Positions 7,827 through 17,359 of a stretch of DNA of 32,000 bases are shown here, piece after piece. The position numbers and the translations under genes are program-made. The DNA is from Psychrobacter sp. DM4 (lineage in GTDB: Bacteria; Pseudomonadota; Gammaproteobacteria; Pseudomonadales; Moraxellaceae), in assembly GCF_051307035.1 (NCBI RefSeq), contig NZ_CP195536.1, positions 2,580,001-2,612,000 of the forward strand, given 5' to 3'. Within the stretch, counting starts at the first letter, position 1; every line of letters starts with the position of its first letter. The notes beneath the pieces were generated by a model. It saw only the letters and a program-made list of their open reading frames with translations. It was not told the origin of the DNA and did not search any database.

Positions 7827-9047
7827 TTGCCTACTCCCTTCTCTCAGCCTGATTTAGCTCTAAATTCTTTCGCGCCGCGCCTCCTTAACTGGTTCGAAAC
7901 GGACGGACGCCATGATCTACCTTGGCAACAGCATCAGACCGACACGCCCAACCCTTATATCGTCTGGCTATCAGAAGTCATGCTCCAGCAAACGCAAGTG
8001 AAGACAGTGCTGCCCTACTTTGCGCGTTTTATGACCTCATTCCCAACGGTGCAAGATTTAGCCGCAGCCGACTGGGATACCATCGCTGAGCATTGGGCAG
8101 GTATGGGCTATTATGCGCGCGCACGTAATTTACATAAAGGCGCGAAGCAATTAGTAGAAATTATTAATGAGACAGGTGACTATCCGCAAACCCTAGCCGG
8201 TTGGGAGGCAATCTCTGGCGTTGGCCCATCGACGGCAGGCGCGATTATGGCGATGGGACTCCATAAATATGGCGTGATCTGTGATGGTAACGTCAAACGT
8301 GTGCTGACGCGCTGGGCAGGAATTGACGGTGATATTACCAAGTCCGCTACCACCAAAGAGCTGTGGTCACTAGCGACACGTTTAACGCCTAAAGAGAACT
8401 CAGGGCTATTTGCACAAGCGATGATGGATATGGGCGCGACTTTATGCATTCGCCGTAGTCCTGCTTGTACGTTATGCCCGTTAAAAGACGATTGTATCGC
8501 TCATGCGCAAAGGCGCGAAACGGATTATCCAGTCAAAGCCAAAAAACAGCCGAAGCCGAGCAAGTTTAGTAATGCACTTGTTATCGAAAATGAGAGTGGC
8601 GAGATACTTTGGCTACAGCGTCCTGACAATGGTATTTGGGGCGGGCTGTGGAGTTTGCCTTTACAGTTTGTTGAAAAGGTTAGCGGAGAAATTGGTAAAG
8701 CTAATAAGACTGTTAATAGTGTATTATTAGCAGTCGCTAGTAACGAAAAAGTGTACGAAACAGAATTTACTACTGCTGAGCAAGTCATCTTTGAATGGCT
8801 GGCAGAACATAATCTGCAAGCGACGTCAGTCAGTCATACCTTACTCGATGATGCCCCGATCAAGCATTCATTAACCCACTTTCATTGGTACTTACAGCCG
8901 CAGAAGCTGATTATTGATAACTTACAAATCAGGACGCTTAATGACAAACTCGCAGCGGCTAACATAAACTTTAAATGGTTAAGCCAACAAAAAGCGCGCG
9001 ATAGTCTAGGACTACCGCGCGCTATGGTTAAGATTATCGAGATCTAG
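7827..9047 (+). CDS. mutY: A/G-specific adenine DNA glycosylase MutY
   Basis: Contains HDLPWQ and YIVWLSEVMLQQTQVKTVLPYFARFM, the HhH-GPD region, and the 4Fe-4S ligand pattern C-x6-C-x2-C-x5-C (CIRRSPACTLCPLKDDC). The C-terminal MutT-like domain is longer than in E. coli. TTG is the only plausible start, with AAGGA 6 nt upstream. Confidence 0.9.
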   Translation: MPTPFSQPDLALNSFAPRLLNWFETDGRHDLPWQQHQTDTPNPYIVWLSEVMLQQTQVKTVLPYFARFMTSFPTVQDLAAADWDTIAEHWAGMGYYARARNLHKGAKQLVEIINETGDYPQTLAGWEAISGVGPSTAGAIMAMGLHKYGVICDGNVKRVLTRWAGIDGDITKSATTKELWSLATRLTPKENSGLFAQAMMDMGATLCIRRSPACTLCPLKDDCIAHAQRRETDYPVKAKKQPKPSKFSNALVIENESGEILWLQRPDNGIWGGLWSLPLQFVEKVSGEIGKANKTVNSVLLAVASNEKVYETEFTTAEQVIFEWLAEHNLQATSVSHTLLDDAPIKHSLTHFHWYLQPQKLIIDNLQIRTLNDKLAAANINFKWLSQQKARDSLGLPRAMVKIIEI

Positions 9048-9095
9048 AAATCTAGAACTTTTATCACCTATAATAATTTAAGGCTTATGATTGCT

Positions 9096-9998
9096 TTAAG
9101 ACTTCGGTGGACGCAGACGCATCAGACCTTCTTGCTGTACCGTCGCGACCAACTTACCGTCCTGCCAGAACTGACCATGATTGAGCCCCATGCCATTAGA
9201 TGTTGTATCGCTCCACATGTCATAAAGTAACCAATCGTTGAGATCAAACGGACGATGAAAATGCATCGAGTGATCGATACTCGCCGCTTGTAGACCTTTG
9301 GTCACAAAGCTCACCCCGTGCGACATCAGCCCCGTACCGACCAGATAAAAATCTGACGAAAAGGCCAGTAGCGCTTGCTGAATAGCAAGGGGCTGCTTAC
9401 CAAGCTCATAGATGCGTATCCAGTGTGCCTGCTTGGGTTTGCTTGGTTCAGGGTTGATAGGGTCACGCGGTTTGACGGGCTTGAGCTCCACATGACGCCG
9501 ACGCATAAATCGCGCCCTCAATGCCTCTGGCACTTTTTCAACGTAGTCCTCTTTTAGCTCTTGTTCAGTAACCAAGTCCTCAGGTGGCGGATAGATAGGC
9601 ATGTCTTCTTGGTACTCAAGTCCCTCCTCCGTCGGTGAGAAGGAAGCGATCATCGAAAAGATTACCTGCTCAACAGGCGGGCGACCCTTGACCTCTTTGT
9701 ACTGAATCGCGGTGACTTCACGTGCAGATAGACTACGACCATCACGCAAACGGCGCACCTGATAAATCACAGATTGGTTGATATCACCGCCCCGTAAAAA
9801 ATACCCATGCAGCGAGTGACAAGGTTTATCTTCGCCAAGAGTGTGGGCTGCGGCCATAATGGCCTGTGCGAGCACTTGTCCGCCAAAGATACGAGAGCCT
9901 ACATAATCATGGCTCTTGCCTTCAAAAACATCAGGACTGACTTCGGTAAGTGCTACCGTCTCCAGCAACTCATCTATAAGCTTTGCATAATCAGGCAT
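9096..9998 (-). CDS. tesB: Acyl-CoA thioesterase II
   Basis: The 300-aa ORF is collinear with E. coli TesB as I remember it: FGGQVLAQA, HSLHGYFLRGGD, RDGRSLSAREV, IDHSMHFHRPF, QEGLMR. Confidence 0.9.
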   Translation of the reverse strand: MPDYAKLIDELLETVALTEVSPDVFEGKSHDYVGSRIFGGQVLAQAIMAAAHTLGEDKPCHSLHGYFLRGGDINQSVIYQVRRLRDGRSLSAREVTAIQYKEVKGRPPVEQVIFSMIASFSPTEEGLEYQEDMPIYPPPEDLVTEQELKEDYVEKVPEALRARFMRRRHVELKPVKPRDPINPEPSKPKQAHWIRIYELGKQPLAIQQALLAFSSDFYLVGTGLMSHGVSFVTKGLQAASIDHSMHFHRPFDLNDWLLYDMWSDTTSNGMGLNHGQFWQDGKLVATVQQEGLMRLRPPKS

Positions 9999-10261
9999 GA
10001 CGATAAGTTTCCTTTTTATTCAGTGACAATCATCGGCACTTGAGAGTACTACGATATCAGTGGCGTTGCTAACTACTAACATGCCAAAACCGGACATCTT
10101 AACCAATATTAATCGTTTTGACCACCGACTAAAAGACTATTACTCAGCATTGGCCTGACTAGGGCGTATCCTTAGCAATAGTGCACTGATCCAAAGTCCA
10201 AATATGTGAAGTAAATTTAAAGTTTAGTTGCAAAATATCAGTAGGATTTTATAGTCAAAAT

Positions 10262-10292
10262 AAAAAAAGGCGCTATCAAGCACCTTTTTGAG
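10262..10292 (-). terminator. Rho-independent terminator downstream of rapA
   Basis: On the minus strand, AAAGGUGC-UUGAUA-GCGCCUUU (one G-U pair) is followed by UUUUUUAUUUU. It lies about 15 nt after the rapA stop codon. Confidence 0.6.
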
Positions 10293-10306
10293 CTGTCTAT
10301 ATTTAA

Positions 10307-13207
10307 CTAAGGTTTTACAGCGACCAATACGCGTATAGAGTCAGGCACCAAAGATAGATGTGAGAGTGCTTGCTCACCTTGTGCTTTGAGTAGCTCTAAG
10401 CGCTCAATCTCCGCAGGTCTTACATTTGGGTTAATCGTTTGCAGATGTTTGAGACGTTTGATCTCGCGTGACCACTGCTGGCTAAATCGGTCGCTTGCCT
10501 GCGCGCCTATCTCACTGAGCTGATTACGCGCAATCGCTTCGGCCTCGTAATAACGCTGCTCAATAATATCACCGCGTACTTTTATCACTTGACGCGCGCG
10601 ATTCTTATCCAGACGCTCTATGTGCGGCATAATCATATCGCTACTGATACGCGCAGATAAGTCGCTGCCTTGTTCACTGATAAAAACGCGAATGTTTTGT
10701 GTACTCAAAGTGGCTGGCAAGTTCAATAATTTAGGGGCAATAGCTTCGACACGGAAGTTAACCTCTAGCATAACCATACCTTGCGGCATAGCAGCACTTT
10801 TTAGCATTGCAACCGTGGTGTTACCAAAGGTGCTCGTGCTCGCCAGCTCATAGATGGCCTGCATGAGAGGGTGCTCATGCGTGATAAATTCGATATCTTC
10901 ACGTACAAGCGCCTGCTCACGCTCAAAAGTTAAGCTCATACCGTCTTCGTCACCAAGCGGTAACCCATCGATATAATCACTAATCTCAGTACTATCGATA
11001 GGTGCAATCACCCACGAGCCATCGCGTTGAATATTATGGTCGATATTCGCTGATGCAAAGAAGCGCTCAATGAACTGCGGTAACAGATTATTCCCATCAA
11101 ACTCATGCATGGCGCTTGCGATACGACCTGCGACCCGTGGACGGCACGAATTGTACTCAAGCAGACGATCGCGCCCTGCCTGCAATTGCGCCTCTAGTCC
11201 TAAACGCAATTGCTTGGCATCTGTAACGAGCGTCTGCAGTGCTGTGCGGTTATCTGCGGTATCTACGCCTTCTAGTAGCGGTTTTAAGGTGGCAATGTAT
11301 TGCTCTTGCACGCTTTGCGCCGTTGGCGAGATTTGATTGAACATATTGAGCGCATTGTTATACCACTGATATAGACGCTCTTGCGCCGTACTCTGTACAT
11401 AAGGGATATGTAGCATGATTTGCTGCGTCTGACCGATACGATCTAGGCGGCCGATGCGCTGCTCCAAAGTATCTGGATTGGCAGGTAAGTCCCACAGTAT
11501 CAGCTGGCTTGCAAACTGAAAGTTACGCCCTTCAGAGCCAATCTCTGAACACAGTAATATCTGCGCGCCCTCGCTATCAGCGAAGAAGGCAGCGGCCTGA
11601 TCACGTTCAAGCAAAGTCATTTGCTCAGTAAAAATAGCGGTCTTGATGCCTGCATGCAGGCGCAATACTGCCTCTAGGCTCTCGACGGTCGCACCACTAC
11701 GAGCAATAAGTAGTACTTTTTGTTGTTTGAGTACCCCTTTTAAGATATCGATCAGCCAAGGGACACGCGGATCATCCTCAAGCCAGCCACCATCAGGCTG
11801 ATTCTCCTCGCCCCATAGCTGCTCACGCAATTTGCCTGTCGTCTGATAGCTATCCACCCAAGCTTCAGGCAGTGGTAGCGGATGCGCCTGACTACTACGA
11901 CCATGAAAGCCCTTGACACTCTCACGCGTATTACGAAAGAGAATACGCCCTGTACCGTGACGATCTAAGAGCTCATTCAGCGCGTGCGTACGCAGCTTAT
12001 CATCCTCATTGACAGATGCCAGCTCATCACTACTAATGTCTAATAACTGACTAAGCGCTTTGATCTGATTATCGCTAAGGGGTTTATCTTCTATTAACAC
12101 TCCAGCGACGGCAGCCGTTTCAGCAAAAGCGTCTTGGCTTGCGATAAATTCATCTAGATCATCAAAACGATCAGGATCCAGCAGACGCAGACGAGCAAAA
12201 TGACTTTGCGCCCCCAATTGCTCGGGCGTTGCCGTCAGTAGCATGACTCCGGGCGTCTCTTCAGCGAAATCCGCTATCAAGTCGTATTTGTCATTGCCGC
12301 CTTGCCCCTCATCCCAATGCAAATGATGCGCTTCATCAACGACCAGTAAATCAAACCCAGCTTCCATCGCTTGATCGTAGAGATCAGGATGGTCAAGAAG
12401 CAGATCCATACCAGCGATGATGCATTGCTCAGTAGCAAAGACATTTTGCTCAGGGTCATGCTCTTTGATCGCAGCCGTACGTACCAAATCAAACAGCGCA
12501 AAGTTTAAATTAAAGCGGCGACGCAGCTCGATCATCCACTGATATTGCAAGCTATCAGGCATAAGGATTAACACCCGCTCAGCTTTACCTGTGAGTAGCT
12601 GCTGATGAATAATTAAACCCGCTTCTATCGTTTTACCTAGACCTACCTCATCTGCGAGCAACACACGCGGCGCGATACGCTTGCCAACCTCGTGCGCGAT
12701 ATAGAGCTGATGCTCAATGATGTCAACGCGTGCGCCCATCAGTCCTTTGAGCGGGTGACCGGCCAGCGCCGATTGCATACGCAAGATATCTTGGCGCAGC
12801 TCATACCAATCTCCGCGCTCAATACGACCAGCCAATAGGCGCTCAAGCGGCTTTGCAAGGGTGATATTGGCAGCAAGGCGCGTCTCCATAATAGGTTTAA
12901 CAGCGCCCTCATCGTTATCTTCAACGCTGTATTTGAGCACGCCCATCACCTCATTGACGCCATTGACCATATAGGTTTTGCCATCTTGGTCGTAGATACT
13001 GTCACCAATCTTGAAAATTACGCGCGATAGTGGCGCAGAACTCTTGGCATAGACGCGCGTCTCTTCGCTCTGCGGAAATAAAATATGCACGCAGCGATCA
13101 TCAACATCGATAACCACACCTAAGCCAAGCTCGGACTCAGTATCGGATAAGTAACGTTGGCCAACGGCGAATTCAGTACTGTGTAATGTAGCGGTCGTAA
13201 TAGTCAT
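10307..13207 (-). CDS. rapA: RNA polymerase-associated SNF2/SWI2 ATPase RapA (HepA)
   Basis: Contains GQRYLSDTESELGLGVV, helicase motif I LLADEVGLGKTIEAG, motif II DEAHH and a C-terminal helicase domain, collinear with E. coli RapA. The track start (TTG at 13231) was replaced by the ATG at 13207 (MTITTATLH...). The exact start is uncertain. Confidence 0.93.
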   Translation of the reverse strand: MTITTATLHSTEFAVGQRYLSDTESELGLGVVIDVDDRCVHILFPQSEETRVYAKSSAPLSRVIFKIGDSIYDQDGKTYMVNGVNEVMGVLKYSVEDNDEGAVKPIMETRLAANITLAKPLERLLAGRIERGDWYELRQDILRMQSALAGHPLKGLMGARVDIIEHQLYIAHEVGKRIAPRVLLADEVGLGKTIEAGLIIHQQLLTGKAERVLILMPDSLQYQWMIELRRRFNLNFALFDLVRTAAIKEHDPEQNVFATEQCIIAGMDLLLDHPDLYDQAMEAGFDLLVVDEAHHLHWDEGQGGNDKYDLIADFAEETPGVMLLTATPEQLGAQSHFARLRLLDPDRFDDLDEFIASQDAFAETAAVAGVLIEDKPLSDNQIKALSQLLDISSDELASVNEDDKLRTHALNELLDRHGTGRILFRNTRESVKGFHGRSSQAHPLPLPEAWVDSYQTTGKLREQLWGEENQPDGGWLEDDPRVPWLIDILKGVLKQQKVLLIARSGATVESLEAVLRLHAGIKTAIFTEQMTLLERDQAAAFFADSEGAQILLCSEIGSEGRNFQFASQLILWDLPANPDTLEQRIGRLDRIGQTQQIMLHIPYVQSTAQERLYQWYNNALNMFNQISPTAQSVQEQYIATLKPLLEGVDTADNRTALQTLVTDAKQLRLGLEAQLQAGRDRLLEYNSCRPRVAGRIASAMHEFDGNNLLPQFIERFFASANIDHNIQRDGSWVIAPIDSTEISDYIDGLPLGDEDGMSLTFEREQALVREDIEFITHEHPLMQAIYELASTSTFGNTTVAMLKSAAMPQGMVMLEVNFRVEAIAPKLLNLPATLSTQNIRVFISEQGSDLSARISSDMIMPHIERLDKNRARQVIKVRGDIIEQRYYEAEAIARNQLSEIGAQASDRFSQQWSREIKRLKHLQTINPNVRPAEIERLELLKAQGEQALSHLSLVPDSIRVLVAVKP

Positions 13208-13843
13208 AGGACGATGTCTTTTTGTACTCAAGTGATGAATTAAAAGCGGTATAGGCGTTGTCGATACATTTGACCAAAACTAAGCGATTAGGCTTAAGGA
13301 AATGAGCTTTGAGTCTTATAGCAAAAAACGCACCATTATACAGGGTTGGCAGTTAGATGCGCTCTTAGTAGTCAATTTTCAAGACCTTTACCATAGCTTT
13401 AGCTCTATTCAAGATAAGGCACCTAACAGAGGATAGAAAAATAAACAATCTAGTCTCGGGAAACCGTTATATCTGAACCTTAACAGTTAGTGTGTTACCA
13501 ATTAGATACTAATATTTACGGTATGAAATAATAAATAACTAAAAATTATATTTAGACATTTAGCAAACATAATGTTAATGTTTGTGAAATAACCACAAAT
13601 ATAATATGGTTTTAAATGAATATAACTCTCTATTTAGAGCTGAACAATACATCAAATAGTGCTTAATAATCTTATGTATTGCACATTTGAACATATAAAT
13701 TCTAACCGTTCATAAGTTTTTGATTGACTTTATACATCGTTTAAATGTTTACAGGATTTTTTTATTAGAAGTAAATCCGTTGATACGGATATTCAATAAT
13801 CAACATTAGTTGATAATAATATAGTTTAAGGACAAACCCTATT

Positions 13844-16162
13844 ATGAGCACCGCCAAAAAAGTTGGTTTTTTTAACCAAGTTAGTACTCAAGTCACCCTT
13901 GTTCTATTTCTCGCCCTTGCAGCAGTACTAGCGGTGGTTTTCTATGTTGTAGATAAGCAAGGTTATGAGAAAATCCGCTTAGAGTCTGAAAAACTTATCG
14001 TTCAAACGGGTAATGCCACCGTAGATAGCATCTCAACAGATATTGAGCGTGTTTCGCGTAGCGCTTTGAGCTTACAAAAAAGTGTACAGACGCTACCTGT
14101 TGAAGAAGATATTCTACAGGCCAGTCTAAACAATGCCTTTAACAAAGATGACTTTGGCATATTGGGCAGTGGTGGTATTTGGCCTGAGGTAGGCGCTCTT
14201 GGCAATGATGTAGCAACGCACCCGTTCTTGATGGTACGCCAAGATGGTAATTATCAGCCTGTGCTTACCGATCCAAACCCTAGTAATCCTTATTTTCAAG
14301 AAGGCTGGTTTGGCGCGGTAAAAATGATTAAGCCGGACGAATGTTTGTGGCAGCACGTACGTCCTTCGCAGGCTAAAGGTGAGCTTGCTATGAGCTGCGG
14401 ACTCTCAATCGAACGTGACGACGCGTTTTGGGGTGCAAGTACCGTTAACTTTACGCTCACGCAGTTACAAGATAACATTGTTAAGCTAAATGAACGCATT
14501 GGCTCAGGCTATATGCTCTTGATTGATAACAGTGATAAAGTGATCTCCTCGTCTAATCCTGAGCGTTTAAGTTATATTGATGAGGCCACAGGCGTACCCT
14601 TGACTATACAGCAGGTCGTCAACTCAGACGCCGCTTGGCAACCTATTTTTGACTTCTTAGACAACAAAAGAGCTGAAACCGTTCAAAATGTTGCGCCGCG
14701 CATCTCACCTACTGTCCAACAAGTTCTAGGCGGTCTTGATCAAGCTTATGGCAATGATCCAGAAAATGGTTACTTTATGGTCAGTTATGCCGCTTATCTG
14801 GATAATAAAGAAAATCAAAAAAATAATTTAGGGAATCGCTTACTTCAGAGCTTTGATCTGGTTAATGATCAATACTACGAAGGTAGTCAAGCCTATGTGT
14901 TTGAGATTCCTGAGACCTACTGGAAGCTGATTATTGTACAGCCCAACCTTGAGATCGACTCTATTGCTGATAACTTAAGTAAAAACTTGATCAGCTGGAT
15001 TGCTCTAGCGCTCTTGATAACCGCTGCTGTGATTTATTTCATGTTGAACTTCTTAGCCTTTAACCCTTTGAAGAAAACCACTGATAAGATCTCCAGAGCT
15101 GAAAATCTCATCGACAACAAGCAATACAATCAGCTAAGCGACGTTAAATTTGCTAAAGGTCGCAACGAGATTGGCCTGGTTAATGGCTCTATTAATGATC
15201 TACTAGGGCGAATTCAATCGAACGAAGGTAAGCTTGCCAACATCAACCAACAGTTAGAAATCAAAGTCGAAGAACGTACCGCTGAGTTGCAAGACACGCT
15301 AAAAGAGCTAAAAAACTCACAACTACAGCTCATACGCTCAGAGAAAATGGCAACTTTAGGACAGATGGTGGCAGGCGTTGCACATGAGGTTAATACGCCC
15401 CTATCTTATGTACAGAACAATCTTGAGATCATAGGTCAGTTGACTGAGCAATACGAAGAATTGATTGAGCTGGTCAAGGGTCTAAAAGAAGTTAAGACGG
15501 ATACCGCTGGTTCAGAAGAGAAGATTGATCAGTTGATGGCTAGTATTATTAGTGCGTCTGATGAAATTGAAGAGGACGATCTCTCAGATGAGCTCAAAGA
15601 GCTGATTAAGGACTCCTTGTTCGGTGTTGAGCAAATTACTGAGATGGTTCTCAATCTACGTAACTTTGCCCGCCTTGATGAGTCTAAAGTCAAAACTATC
15701 GATGTGCGCGAGTGTATCGAGGCCTCGCTCAAAATCGCTGGTAATTCGCTCAAGCATCAAGAGATCGTTACTGACTTTGCAACGACGCCTGAGATCAAGT
15801 GCTCACCGTCACAGATTAATCAAGTACTGGTCAACCTGCTAAACAACGCCTCACAAGCTATGGACAACGACTCAGGCGGTAAGATTGAGCTGCGTACGCG
15901 TGCGGATGATACTAACGTCTATATCGATGTGATCGATAATGGTAAGGGCATGAGTCCTGAGACACTCGCTCAGATATTCGAGCCTTTCTTTACAACCAAA
16001 GGCGCAGGTGAAGGCACAGGACTTGGTATGGCGATTAGTCAGCAGATCATGGAGCAGCATAACGGCGATATTAAAGTTGTATCAACTGAAGGAGTTGGCA
16101 CTACCTTTACCTTAATGCTCCCTATTAACAATAACTTAACCGAACAAAATATCGTAGCTTAA
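13844..16162 (+). CDS. Sensor histidine kinase with a large periplasmic Cache-like domain and HAMP/coiled-coil linker
   Basis: Two TM helices (VTLVLFLALAAVLAVVFYVV and LISWIALALLITAAVIYFMLNFLAF) flank about 345 aa of periplasmic sequence. H-box MVAGVAHEVNTPLSY, N-box LVNLLNNASQAM, G1 DNGKGM, G2 GTGLGMAIS. Confidence 0.9.
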   Translation: MSTAKKVGFFNQVSTQVTLVLFLALAAVLAVVFYVVDKQGYEKIRLESEKLIVQTGNATVDSISTDIERVSRSALSLQKSVQTLPVEEDILQASLNNAFNKDDFGILGSGGIWPEVGALGNDVATHPFLMVRQDGNYQPVLTDPNPSNPYFQEGWFGAVKMIKPDECLWQHVRPSQAKGELAMSCGLSIERDDAFWGASTVNFTLTQLQDNIVKLNERIGSGYMLLIDNSDKVISSSNPERLSYIDEATGVPLTIQQVVNSDAAWQPIFDFLDNKRAETVQNVAPRISPTVQQVLGGLDQAYGNDPENGYFMVSYAAYLDNKENQKNNLGNRLLQSFDLVNDQYYEGSQAYVFEIPETYWKLIIVQPNLEIDSIADNLSKNLISWIALALLITAAVIYFMLNFLAFNPLKKTTDKISRAENLIDNKQYNQLSDVKFAKGRNEIGLVNGSINDLLGRIQSNEGKLANINQQLEIKVEERTAELQDTLKELKNSQLQLIRSEKMATLGQMVAGVAHEVNTPLSYVQNNLEIIGQLTEQYEELIELVKGLKEVKTDTAGSEEKIDQLMASIISASDEIEEDDLSDELKELIKDSLFGVEQITEMVLNLRNFARLDESKVKTIDVRECIEASLKIAGNSLKHQEIVTDFATTPEIKCSPSQINQVLVNLLNNASQAMDNDSGGKIELRTRADDTNVYIDVIDNGKGMSPETLAQIFEPFFTTKGAGEGTGLGMAISQQIMEQHNGDIKVVSTEGVGTTFTLMLPINNNLTEQNIVA

Positions 16163-16225
16163 TTAGGCTACGATATTTTGCTCAGCTCATATTTCATCGT
16201 TATTATTCATTATAAGGATATTGTC

Positions 16226-17179
16226 ATGAATGAAGTTAAAAATGAATTGGAAACTCCCGTCAATACAGGGCCAAAGCCAAAACTGGCATTTATCGATGAT
16301 GAACAACGTATTTTGCGCTCCATGAAGCTTATGTTCCGCAAAAGCCATGACGTGTTCATTACTACTGATCCTGACGAGTACATCGACTACATTAAGAACA
16401 ATAATGTACATGTAGCGGTTAGTGACCAACGTATGCCTGATCGTGTTGGCGTTGATGTTCTAAGAGAAGTTAAAGACGTCTCACCGTCTACTATGCGTAT
16501 CCTATTGACAGGTTATGCCGATCTTAACGCAATTATTGGTTCTATTAATGAGGGCGAGATTTATCGTTATTTGACCAAACCTTGTAAGTCTGAGGAGTTA
16601 CAGTCTGTCGTCGGACGCGCGACAGAAATTGCGTTGAACTATAATCCAGAGGAAGACGTCGATGCGGTTTACCATGTGGACAATAAGCAAACCTTATTAG
16701 TTATCGATGAGACCAGTGAGCTGATTGAACAGATAACTAAGCAGTTCTCAAACAACTATATCGTGCTGCATGCAACAGGGTTAGAAGAGGCTTATGATTA
16801 TCTTGCCAACTACGATATTGGGGTTTGTATCACCGATATTAACGTCAGCGGCGAGAATATCGCACCGATTATCTTTACTCTCAAACAAGATGCCCCGCAT
16901 TTGGTCGTCTTGGTTCAAACTGAGTTCCAAGATGCAGGCTTGTTGATTGATCTCATTAATAAAGGTCAAGTCTATCGCTGCCTGCCTAAACCTATGCGCG
17001 CCAGTTTGCTTGAGATAAGTGTCAACCGTGCTTTTCGACATCATAGTAAGCTCAAAGAAAGCCCTGAGATGGTTAAGCGCTATGAAGTCGAACACGATCC
17101 TGACAACGATGTCCGCATCGACTTGAGCAGTCGCGTACGTGGCTTTATTGGTAAATTGCGTAAGCGCTTTGCCTTATAA
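16226..17179 (+). CDS. Response regulator with two receiver (REC) domains and no recognisable output domain
   Basis: REC1 has FIDDEQ, the phospho-acceptor context VAVSDQRMP, LLTGY and YLTKP. REC2 has LVIDETS, CITDINV, VLVQTE and CLPKP. The start was moved from the track TTG (16178) to the ATG at 16226, which has AAGGA 7 nt upstream. The gene lies 63 nt after the kinase gene. Confidence 0.85.
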   Translation: MNEVKNELETPVNTGPKPKLAFIDDEQRILRSMKLMFRKSHDVFITTDPDEYIDYIKNNNVHVAVSDQRMPDRVGVDVLREVKDVSPSTMRILLTGYADLNAIIGSINEGEIYRYLTKPCKSEELQSVVGRATEIALNYNPEEDVDAVYHVDNKQTLLVIDETSELIEQITKQFSNNYIVLHATGLEEAYDYLANYDIGVCITDINVSGENIAPIIFTLKQDAPHLVVLVQTEFQDAGLLIDLINKGQVYRCLPKPMRASLLEISVNRAFRHHSKLKESPEMVKRYEVEHDPDNDVRIDLSSRVRGFIGKLRKRFAL

Positions 17180-17221
17180 ATAAGGACAACTGTCCCTTAA
17201 CTGATAACACCCTTAGCTACT

Positions 17222-17270
17222 AACAAACGGCCTCTAATTCATCTTTGAATTAGAGGCCGTTTGTTATTTG
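17222..17270 (+). terminator. Strong rho-independent terminator after the response regulator gene
   Basis: Perfect 19-bp stem AACAAACGGCCTCTAATTC (17222-17240) pairing with GAATTAGAGGCCGTTTGTT (17247-17265), with a 6-nt loop and a T-rich tail. Confidence 0.85.
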
Positions 17271-17359
17271 ATCGACTGTATATATAATATGAATAACGCA
17301 TTAAACAAATCACTAATCGACCGCTAAAAAACCTTAAAAAAATAATCTAAGGAACATCT

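Noticed and set aside
10620-12924. Several 60-90-aa ORFs on both strands inside rapA, and similar ones inside pheT, pheS, rho, mutY, the kinase and the monooxygenase
   Set aside because: They are fully nested in or antisense to long, motif-supported genes. They are typical shadow ORFs with no independent signals.
13302-13436. 44-aa ORF (+) MSFESYSKKRTIIQGWQLDALLVVNF... in the rapA/kinase intergenic region
   Set aside because: The AAGGA sits only 1 nt from the ATG, which is non-functional spacing. There is no hydrophobic or other motif and nothing to support translation. I kept it only as a note under the intergenic-region finding.
16178-16225. TTG-initiated N-terminal extension of the response regulator (MLSSYFIVIIHYKDIV...)
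   Set aside because: The ATG at 16226 has a well-spaced AAGGA Shine-Dalgarno, and the extension adds a hydrophobic peptide foreign to REC domains. The same reasoning applies to the TTG extensions of ypfJ (24715), rapA (13231) and pheS (31771), and to the extended start of the lipoprotein gene (23469).
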